A DNA stretch of 63,873 bases, counting the filler. It is 10 parts of 10 records of this genome, joined end to end, with 100 filler letters (N's around TTAATTAATTAA, not from the genome) between each part and the next. Parts side by side here need not be neighbours in the genome. Positions count along the whole stretch, not along the records: positions 45,622 to 49,740 come from SRR20825010_4684; positions 49,841 to 56,277 come from SRR20825010_4686; positions 56,378 to 60,588 come from SRR20825010_4691; 7 more parts are not named here. The stretch is one strand, 5' to 3'. Shown piece after piece: positions 46,682 to 56,475 of the stretch (position 1 is the first letter of the stretch; each line of letters starts with the position of its first letter). Under the pieces are notes generated by a model. The model saw only the letters and a list, made by a program, of their open reading frames with translations, searched no databases and had not been told where the DNA came from. The position numbers were made by a program, and so were the translations under genes.

Positions 46682-47752
46682 ATGGATGTGACTGAGCTGA
46701 TCGCCGGCTGCGGCCTGGACAGGGAAAAGGTCGAGGCGCTACCGGGAGTATGGAAAGGCCACGTCGCGCAGGAACTGAATGGCGCCCTGAAAGCGGCCTA
46801 CAGATTCTGTAAATCCTATGATGGTTTAACCGGGTTTCTCTGGGGCCAGGACGAAGCGACATGGGTTGCGAATCAGAAAGCCCGGTGGGAAGCGGTCTTC
46901 AACACGGGGATCGGCCCAGCACAGGTCGATCAGGTCCGGGAGTACGCCCGGGGCGACCTTGAAAGCGCCATGAACCCGGCGGTCTACGGACAATTCTTTG
47001 CCTGCCTCGGCCGCGAATTGACAGCCCGTGTTCTCGCGGCCGGAAATGGCTCGCCGGAATCGCACGAGGCCGCGCTCCTGATCGGCACTCTGATGAACGC
47101 CGAAGCAACCATCGCCTCCTCCGCCTACAGCGAGGCGCAGACGGAAAAGAACCAGTCCACCATCGAAGAGCTTACCGGCATGATGGGCCAGAATGTCGGC
47201 GACATTATCGGCGGAGTGGCCGGTGCCTCCGACAAGCTCTCCTCCAGCATGGCCACGATCAGCCAGAATGTCGGCCGCAACCTTGAGCTCGCGACCGGCA
47301 TTTCCGGTACCGTGGATTCAGCCGTCTCCAAACTGTCCGAGCTGTCCGCCGCCATCGACGGCATCCTGAAGCTGCTCAATGGCATCAAGTCGATTGCCGG
47401 CCAGACCAACATGCTGGCGCTGAACGCAACCATCGAAGCCGCCCGCGCGGGTGAAGCCGGTCTAGGCTTTGCCGTCGTCGCCCGGGAGGTCAAGATGCTC
47501 GCCACGGACAGCCGGGAGGCCGCCGACGGCATCGCGGAAATGACCAACCGGCTGAGCGACACGCTCGGCATGGTCCAGACCGGGTTCGCGGAGATTACCG
47601 AGCGGGTGTCGACCATGGTGCGCTCCATCGAGGAAAACGGCGCCGCAGCCGAGGAGCAACACCGGGCAACCGGCGAGATCGCGGAACGCATGGCCCGGCT
47701 AGGACAGGAAATCGACGACTCGATCACGGGTATCCGCCAGCATTACGGCTGA
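46682..47752 (+). CDS. Cytoplasmic methyl-accepting chemotaxis protein with a globin-like N-terminal sensor
   Basis: IAGQTNMLALNATIEAARAGEAGLGFAVVAREVK signalling tip; no TM helices; N-terminus follows the HemAT/protoglobin pattern. Confidence 0.85.
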   Translation: MDVTELIAGCGLDREKVEALPGVWKGHVAQELNGALKAAYRFCKSYDGLTGFLWGQDEATWVANQKARWEAVFNTGIGPAQVDQVREYARGDLESAMNPAVYGQFFACLGRELTARVLAAGNGSPESHEAALLIGTLMNAEATIASSAYSEAQTEKNQSTIEELTGMMGQNVGDIIGGVAGASDKLSSSMATISQNVGRNLELATGISGTVDSAVSKLSELSAAIDGILKLLNGIKSIAGQTNMLALNATIEAARAGEAGLGFAVVAREVKMLATDSREAADGIAEMTNRLSDTLGMVQTGFAEITERVSTMVRSIEENGAAAEEQHRATGEIAERMARLGQEIDDSITGIRQHYG

Positions 47753-47780
47753 CGGACGGCAAACAGGGGAGAGCAAGCGG

Positions 47781-48017
47781 ATGATTGAGGTTCCAGCCGT
47801 CGAAACAGCTCAGGGCATTTTCGCCGCCGCCAGCTATTACGGCTATATCGGCATCGCGGTGGCGGCTTTCTTCCTGCTCTACGGGATCGACCGGATCGAT
47901 CCAAGCACGCGCGGCAGCTACCTCTTCCGGCTGTTCCTGATCCCGGCGGCGGTGGTATTCTGGCCGGTCATCCTGTGGCGCTGGGCGAGCATCGCACGCG
48001 CGGGAGCGAAGCCATGA
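47781..48017 (+). CDS. Small 2-TM hypothetical protein
   Basis: GGGAGAG RBS; Y..IG..VA.FF...GI.RIDP...FRL.LIP....FWP..LWRW. Confidence 0.75.
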   Translation: MIEVPAVETAQGIFAAASYYGYIGIAVAAFFLLYGIDRIDPSTRGSYLFRLFLIPAAVVFWPVILWRWASIARAGAKP

Positions 48018-48160
48018 AGCGCCGCCATCAACGCTGGCACCTGCGGATCTGGATCGCGCTCGCCATCCTGTTGCCCACCTTCCTGCTGGTCACTGTGCTG
48101 CAACGCCAGGAGCGCCCGATCGAGCCGCCGCTGCAGCTCGGCAAGGGAGCGGCGCAATGA
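48014..48160 (+). CDS. Small single-TM hypothetical protein (48 aa)
   Basis: MKRRHQRWHLRIWIALAILLPTFLLV...; ATGA overlaps on both sides. Confidence 0.7.
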   Translation: MKRRHQRWHLRIWIALAILLPTFLLVTVLQRQERPIEPPLQLGKGAAQ

Positions 48161-49212
48161 GCGTGCAGTACCGCCCCGTCACCTGGACCCGGAACAAAGT
48201 CGTCTACGACATCGTGCTCGGGTTCGGCATCGCCGCCTTCATCATCCTGTTCCTGCGCTATGCGCCGGGCTGGCTGGAAAGCCCCCGGATCAGCGGGCCG
48301 CAACTCCGCATGCGGGCCTTCGGTACCTGCGCCTTCCTGCTGCTGACCATCCTTCTCAGCATCGGCCCGCTGGCCCGGCTGGACAGCCGCTTCCTGCCGC
48401 TGCTCTATAACCGCCGGCATTTCGGCGTCGCCATCTTCTTCGTCGCCCTGGCGCACGCGCTTGCCGTGACCGGCTGGTATCAGGCCTTCGGTCCGATCGA
48501 CCGCTATGTCGCCCTGCTGGCATCGAGCACCGCCGTCACGTCCTGGCAGGCCTTTCCGTTCGAGTACCTCGGTATCGTCGCCCTCGGCATCCTGTTCACC
48601 CTGGCCGCGACCAGCCATGATTTTTGGTTGAACTTCCTCGGCGCCCCGTTCTGGAAGGCCATCCATATGTCGGTTTACGCGGCCTATGCCGCGATCATCG
48701 GCCATATCGCGCTGGGCGTGCTGCAAGCGGAGCATTCCCCCTGGCTGCTCGGCCTGACTGGCATCAGCGTGCTTCTGGTCTGCGGTCTGCACATCGCGGC
48801 GGGACTGCGCGAGCGGGATATAGCGGACGCGGAACCTGCCGGTGAGGCAGACGGAAACTGGGTCCACGCCAGCTATATCGAAGATCTGCCGGACGAGGGC
48901 GGCGTCACGGTCTTCCTGCCGACCGGAGAGAAAGCCGCCCTCTTCCGCTATGACGGCAAGGTATCCGCACTCTCCAACGCTTGCGCGCACCAGAACGGAC
49001 CGCTGGCCGAAGGCCGGATCATCGACGGTTGCGTCACCTGCCCCTGGCACGGCTACCAGTACCGGCCGGAGGATGGCTGCTCGCCCGCGCCCTTCACCGA
49101 AAAGGTGGCGACCTACCGGCTGCGCCGGATCGGGGACCGCATCCTGATCGACGCGAACGCACTGCCGCCGGGCACACCGGTGCCGCCCATCCAGCTGGAG
49201 CAGAGCGCATGA
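48157..49212 (+). CDS. MsrQ/ferric reductase-like transmembrane domain fused to a Rieske [2Fe-2S] ferredoxin
   Basis: RRHFG, ALAH, LAATS, WKAIH..VY.......H haem-ligand pattern; C-terminal CAH-X16-CPWH. Confidence 0.88.
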   Translation: MSVQYRPVTWTRNKVVYDIVLGFGIAAFIILFLRYAPGWLESPRISGPQLRMRAFGTCAFLLLTILLSIGPLARLDSRFLPLLYNRRHFGVAIFFVALAHALAVTGWYQAFGPIDRYVALLASSTAVTSWQAFPFEYLGIVALGILFTLAATSHDFWLNFLGAPFWKAIHMSVYAAYAAIIGHIALGVLQAEHSPWLLGLTGISVLLVCGLHIAAGLRERDIADAEPAGEADGNWVHASYIEDLPDEGGVTVFLPTGEKAALFRYDGKVSALSNACAHQNGPLAEGRIIDGCVTCPWHGYQYRPEDGCSPAPFTEKVATYRLRRIGDRILIDANALPPGTPVPPIQLEQSA

Positions 49213-49740
49213 GCACACCCTCCAGAGACTTCTTCGTCGGCTATCTGAAGACCCCGCCGAAGCTCGCGGTCTTCATCGCCGTCGTCACCGTGCTGCTGGC
49301 CGGCCTCGGCATCGGTGGCGGCTTCGCCCTGCTGGCGGGACAGCCGGATTATGGCGATGGCGGTTTCAAGGGGGGCTACCAGGAACATCTCGGCGTGCTG
49401 CAGGCGGCGCCCTACCCCATGCTGCGGCTACCGCCGGACGAAGCACATCCCGACGGCCGAACCATCCTGCTCTCCAACCCTGGCAAGCGTGGTGCACAGA
49501 ACCGTGCGGCAAAGCATGATGGCCAGATCGTCGATGTCGGCGGAGTCTTCATCACCCGCGAGGGGACGCGCATTCTCCAAGTCGGCGGCGCCGCGAAGAT
49601 CCGTGATGCGGAAGACCCGGCGCCGGTCGCCGGGTTCGTGCCTCCTGCGGACGTGCCGCTCGGCCCGGTGACACTGCGCGGGGAGATCGTCGATACGAAA
49701 TGCTATCTCGGCGCCATGCGCCCCGGCGAAGGCAAGGTGC
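49209..49740 (+). CDS. Membrane-anchored hypothetical protein (3' truncated)
   Basis: DFFVGY, single TM, then a soluble domain ending VTLRGEIVDTKCYLGAMRPGEGKV; ATGA overlap. Confidence 0.75.
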
Positions 49741-49840
49741 NNNNNNNNNNNNNNNNNNNNNNNNNNNNNNNNNNNNNNNNNNNNTTAATTAATTAANNNN
49801 NNNNNNNNNNNNNNNNNNNNNNNNNNNNNNNNNNNNNNNN

Positions 49841-50596
49841 GGTGTCGACGATGATCTTGCGACCGGTCAGGCCGCAGTCGCCCACAGGGCCGCCGATCAC
49901 GAACTTGCCAGTCGGGTTGATGTGGAACTGGGTATCCTTGTGCAGCAACTCCGCCGGCAGAGCGTGCTTGACGATCAGTTCCATGACGGCTTCTTTCAGA
50001 TCTGCCTGGGAAACGTCTTCGTCGTGCTGGGTGGACAGAACAATGGCGTCGATGCCGGTGACCTTGCCGTTTTCATAGCGGCAGGTGACCTGGCTTTTCG
50101 CATCGGGGCGCAGCCATGGCAGCAAGCCGCTCTTGCGGGCTTCTGCCTGGCGTTGTACCAGACGGTGAGAGAAAGTGATTGGGGCCGGCATCAGCACGTC
50201 GGTTTCGTTGCTGGCGTAGCCGAACATCAGGCCCTGGTCGCCGGCGCCCTGGTCTTCCGGCTTCTGGCGGTCAACACCCTGGGCAATGTCCACGGACTGC
50301 TTGCCGATGATGTTGATAATGCCGCAGGTGTCACCGTCGTAGCCCACGGTAGAGGAGGTGTAGCCGATGTCCTTGATCACGCCGCGCACCAGATCTTCCA
50401 GATCCACCCAGGCGCTGGTCGTGATTTCACCACCGACGATAGCGACCCCGGTCTTTACCATGGTTTCGCACGCAACCCGGGCATGGGGGTCGTCGACCAG
50501 AATGGCGTCGAGGACGGCATCGGAAATCTGGTCAGCCAGTTTGTCAGGGTGGCCTTCAGAGACCGATTCGGAAGTAAAGACGCTGTAATCAGACAT
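49841..50596 (-). CDS. metK: S-adenosylmethionine synthetase (3' truncated)
   Basis: [45 protein letters not shown]. Confidence 0.97.
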
Positions 50597-50706
50597 AGGG
50601 TTGTTCCTCTGTGAGCGTTGCAAATTCGGGCCGGCAATGGATTTTTGAGTGGGGCCGGCAGTTTTGATGTTGGTATCGTAAATCAGTTTTCTGAGTCTGC
50701 ATATTT

Positions 50707-50730
50707 CTATATCAAAAAAAATTGATACAG
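50707..50730. promoter_or_regulatory. SahR-type operator upstream of metK
   Basis: CTATATCAA-aaaaaa-TTGATACAG, matching the palindrome upstream of sahR. Confidence 0.75.
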
Positions 50731-50743
50731 TTTTGTTTCTGTC

Positions 50744-51745
50744 CTATGTGGACTCTGCGGTTTTCCAGAATTCTCTCACTTGCACCTGGAAGCCGTTTCT
50801 CAGCCCGATGAACAGCGACTCACCCGCAGCCAGGCCTGCATCGGTGGCCCAACTGGTAAGCTCTTCCGGTTCAAAGCCCAGCCACAGATCGCCGCAGGCT
50901 TCCTTCGCCCAATCCTGGTCATGGCTGCACAGATCACTGACAAACAGGCAGCCACCGGTGTTCATCAGTGCCGAGGCATCCAGAAAAATGTCCGCGGGGC
51001 TGGGTACGTGATGCAGGACCATGTTGGCCACCACCAGATCAAAATCGTCACCACGAGCCAAAAGGTTGTCGGTGACACCTTCAATCAGATCGACATTGTT
51101 CAGACGTTCTTCGATGCAGGTACGGGTGGCCTTGGCCAGCATGTCGCGGGAGTTATCCAGTGCCACCACGTGCCTGCAGATCTTCGAGAGCACCGGCAGA
51201 AATGCGCCTTCACCGGGGCCGATTTCCAGGGCCGTTTTCCAGTCATGACGCTCGGAACGATTACGAATCAGGTTCGCCACCGGTTCGGCGTAGAGGTCAA
51301 ACGCGGCAATGAGTTCCTGTTGCTCCCGGAATTTTTCGGCGTAACGGGAGAAGAAGGCCTGGGACTGGTCTGCGCGCTGATTGCGGATGGCTTCGATCTT
51401 TTCCTGCAGATGCTCAGGCAGCGGAATACGGTCCACGCTCCGGAAAACCTGGCGGATGGTCTGGTCCGTCAGCTTGTCGCTTTCGAGGTTCAGGGGGCGC
51501 CGGTAGAAAATGGCATTGCCTTCCCGCTGGGGTTCCAGCAGTCCTGCCTTGTGCATCACCTTCAGATGATGGCTCATGCCCGACTGGCGCATCTCGAAGA
51601 GCTGGCTCAGCTCCAGTACACCGAAGGTGTCCCGACGCAACACCCGCAGAATCTCCAGGCGTAACGGGTCACCGCTCGCTTTGAAGATCGGTGCCAGGGC
51701 GTCCACGGAGGACAGGTCAGTTGCAGGTGTGGTCATGGATGTCAT
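50744..51745 (-). CDS. sahR: ArsR-HTH/SAM-methyltransferase-fold regulator (SahR)
   Basis: FKASGDPLRLEIL..ELS...QSGMSHHLK HTH plus LEIGPGEG, NMVLHH; directly upstream of metK. Confidence 0.82.
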   Translation of the reverse strand: MTSMTTPATDLSSVDALAPIFKASGDPLRLEILRVLRRDTFGVLELSQLFEMRQSGMSHHLKVMHKAGLLEPQREGNAIFYRRPLNLESDKLTDQTIRQVFRSVDRIPLPEHLQEKIEAIRNQRADQSQAFFSRYAEKFREQQELIAAFDLYAEPVANLIRNRSERHDWKTALEIGPGEGAFLPVLSKICRHVVALDNSRDMLAKATRTCIEERLNNVDLIEGVTDNLLARGDDFDLVVANMVLHHVPSPADIFLDASALMNTGGCLFVSDLCSHDQDWAKEACGDLWLGFEPEELTSWATDAGLAAGESLFIGLRNGFQVQVREFWKTAEST

Positions 51746-51783
51746 GGGAAAGAAGTGTAGGCATGTCTTTCCGGGCAATCAAC

Positions 51784-51811
51784 ATCTATATCAAAATAAA
51801 TTGATATAGAT
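51784..51811. promoter_or_regulatory. SahR-type operator upstream of sahR
   Basis: Perfect ATCTATATCAA-aataaa-TTGATATAGAT. Confidence 0.8.
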
Positions 51812-51990
51812 TTAGATCTGTTTGAAAAATCAGATAAAATTTCTGTGCAAAAATTCCGGCGTTGAAAACATCCGTAAAACTTCCATAAAAAGAGTGTCGC
51901 CGATTTGCCCCGGTGGTCACTAATCGGCGAAAATACGCGCCTTCTTTTTAACCGTTCACCTTTTGCCGACCAAAAACTGGAGAAACGTCA

Positions 51991-53990
<2,000 letters not shown>

Positions 53991-53991
<1 letters not shown>

Positions 53992-55019
53992 TGAGCACCG
54001 CTGCACCGTATCGCATCGCCATCAATGGATACGGCCGTATCGGCCAGTGCGTCTTGCGTGCACTCTACGAGAATCGTTTTCGCGATCACCTTCAGGTGGT
54101 CGCGATTAACGAGCTGGCGGACATCGATACCATTGCCCATCTCACCCGCTACGATTCCACTCATGGTCGATTCCAGGGTGAGATAAACGTTGAGGGCGAT
54201 TCCCTGCTGGTAAACGGGGACCGTATTCGCGTCGTCCGTTGCGCCGAAGCATCGGAGCTGCCCTGGGACGAGCTGGGCATTGATCTGGTGCTGGAGTGCT
54301 CCGGTGCTTTCACCGACCGTGCGACGGCCGAGCAACACCTGAAGGCTGGTGCTGAACGCCTGCTGTTCTCACAACCGGCGGAATCCGATGTGGATCGCAC
54401 CATTGTTTATGGCGTGAATCAGGACCAACTGGCCGAGTCCGATCGTATCGTGGCTGCTGCCTCCTGCACCACCAATTGCCTGGTACCGGTTATCCAGGTA
54501 CTTGATGACGCATTGGGGGTGGAGCACGGCACGACAACCACTATTCATGCGGCCATGAATGACCAGCCGGTGATCGACGCCTACCACCATCAGGACCTGC
54601 GCCGAACCCGCAGCGCCCTGCACAACATTGTTCCAGTCGACACAGGCCTTGCGAAGGGCATTGAGCGCTTGCTGCCTCACATGGAAGGCAAGTTCAGCTC
54701 GGTGGCCATGCGGGTGCCCACCATGAACGTGTCGGCAATCGACATGGTGGTGAATGTCAGAGAAAACACCTCGGTGGAGGCGGTGAACAACTTACTAAAA
54801 AACGCCGCCCATGGCCCGCTGAAACACATTCTGGGCTACACCGATGAGCTTCTGGCCAGCTCCGATTTTAATCACGACGCCCACTCCGGCATCGTCGACG
54901 GAGGCCAGACGCGCGTAACCGGCGGCACCATGGTGAAGGTGCTGTGCTGGTTTGATAATGAGTGGGGGTTCGCAAATCGGATGCTGGACGTCAGCAAACA
55001 CTGGCTCTCCAGCCACTGA
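53991..55019 (+). CDS. epd: Erythrose-4-phosphate dehydrogenase (GAPDH family)
   Basis: INGYGRIG, ASCTTNC, HAAMNDQPVIDAYHH (Epd signature), WFDNEWGF; tkt-epd-pgk order. Confidence 0.88.
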
Positions 55020-55048
55020 CACATTTTTTGATCAGGGGATGAACAACG

Positions 55049-56209
55049 ATGACTATCAAGAGAATGACCGATCTGGATCTCGCCGGTAAGCGGGTACTGA
55101 TTCGTGAAGACCTCAACGTACCGGTAAAAAATGGCGAAGTGTCCAGCGACGCTCGCATCCGCGCCTCGCTGCCGACCATCAAGGCCGCAAAGGACGCAGG
55201 CGCAAAGGTCATGCTGATGTCCCACCTCGGCCGCCCGGAAGAAGGCGTCTACGACGAAGCCTCCTCCATGAAACCGGTGGCTGAACACCTCAGCAAGGTA
55301 CTGGGTCAGGAAGTTCGCCTGATCACCGATTACCTCGAGGGCGTTGATGTAGCCGACGGCGAAGTCGTCCTTTTCGAAAACGTCCGCTTCAACAAGGGCG
55401 AGAAGAAAGACGACGAAGAGCTTTCCAAAAAGTACGCGGCCCTGTGCGACGTGTACGTGATGGATGCCTTCGGCACCGCCCACCGCGCCCAGGCCTCCAC
55501 TCATGGTGTTGCCCGCTTCGCGCCCGAAGCCTGCGCCGGCCCGCTGCTGGCAGCAGAGCTCGAAGCCCTCGGCAAAGCCCTGGATAACCCGGCCAAGCCC
55601 GTGGTTGCGATTGTCGGCGGCTCCAAAGTATCCACCAAACTGGACGTGCTCAACGCCCTGGAAAAAGTCTGCGACTCCATCATCGTCGGTGGCGGCATCG
55701 CCAACACCTTCCTGGCAGCCGCCGGTCACCCGGTCGGCAAATCCCTGTGTGAACACGACCTGATCGACACGGCCCGGGAAATCGCCTCCCGCGTTGAAAT
55801 ACCGCTGCCTGTGGATGTTGTGGTTGCCAGCGAATTCGCCGAAACCGCGACCGCCACCACGAAGAACATCTCCGACGTCAGCGATGATGACATGATCCTC
55901 GACGTTGGCCCGGAAACCGCTGGCCAGTTCGCCGAGCTGCTAAAAAGCGCCAAAACCATCCTCTGGAACGGCCCGGTTGGTGTTTTTGAATTTGATCAGT
56001 TCAGCAACGGCACCCAGTCCCTGGCGAAAGCCATCGCCGAAAGCGACGCCTTCTCCCTGGCTGGCGGCGGTGATACCGTTGCTGCCGTTGACAAGTACGG
56101 TGTGAGTGACAAAATCTCGTACATTTCCACCGGTGGCGGTGCTTTCCTGGAATTTGTGGAAGGAAAGACGTTACCAGCTGTCGCAGTTCTTGAAGAGCGC
56201 GGCGCATAG
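55049..56209 (+). CDS. pgk: Phosphoglycerate kinase
   Basis: [45 protein letters not shown]. Confidence 0.98.
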   Translation: MTIKRMTDLDLAGKRVLIREDLNVPVKNGEVSSDARIRASLPTIKAAKDAGAKVMLMSHLGRPEEGVYDEASSMKPVAEHLSKVLGQEVRLITDYLEGVDVADGEVVLFENVRFNKGEKKDDEELSKKYAALCDVYVMDAFGTAHRAQASTHGVARFAPEACAGPLLAAELEALGKALDNPAKPVVAIVGGSKVSTKLDVLNALEKVCDSIIVGGGIANTFLAAAGHPVGKSLCEHDLIDTAREIASRVEIPLPVDVVVASEFAETATATTKNISDVSDDDMILDVGPETAGQFAELLKSAKTILWNGPVGVFEFDQFSNGTQSLAKAIAESDAFSLAGGGDTVAAVDKYGVSDKISYISTGGGAFLEFVEGKTLPAVAVLEERGA

Positions 56210-56377
56210 CAAAAGTTTGAATCGCAAGGAGGGCCGAGAAGCTCTTCCGGGACCGTAAAAAACAGGGATGTTTTTTANNNNNNNNNNNNNNNNNNNNNNN
56301 NNNNNNNNNNNNNNNNNNNNNTTAATTAATTAANNNNNNNNNNNNNNNNNNNNNNNNNNNNNNNNNNNNNNNNNNNN

Positions 56378-56475
56378 AACCCATCCCCAATGGGTGCAAT
56401 ATGCACCGCGGCATGACCATTGGCCGCGGGTTTGGCGGGAAATGGCGATACGATATTAAGCGGAAAATCACGCAT
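56378..56475 (-). CDS. soxG: Sarcosine oxidase gamma subunit, 5' end (truncated)
   Basis: ATG overlaps the soxA stop; expected soxBDAG order; sequence too short to confirm. Confidence 0.55.

Noticed and set aside
50597-50743. SAM/SAH riboswitch upstream of metK
   Set aside because: No recognisable aptamer; the region is explained by a SahR-type operator.
56228-56277. Palindrome TAAAAAACA-ggga-TGTTTTTTA after pgk
   Set aside because: Probably the start of a REP-like repeat that broke the assembly; truncated, single copy here, not interpretable.
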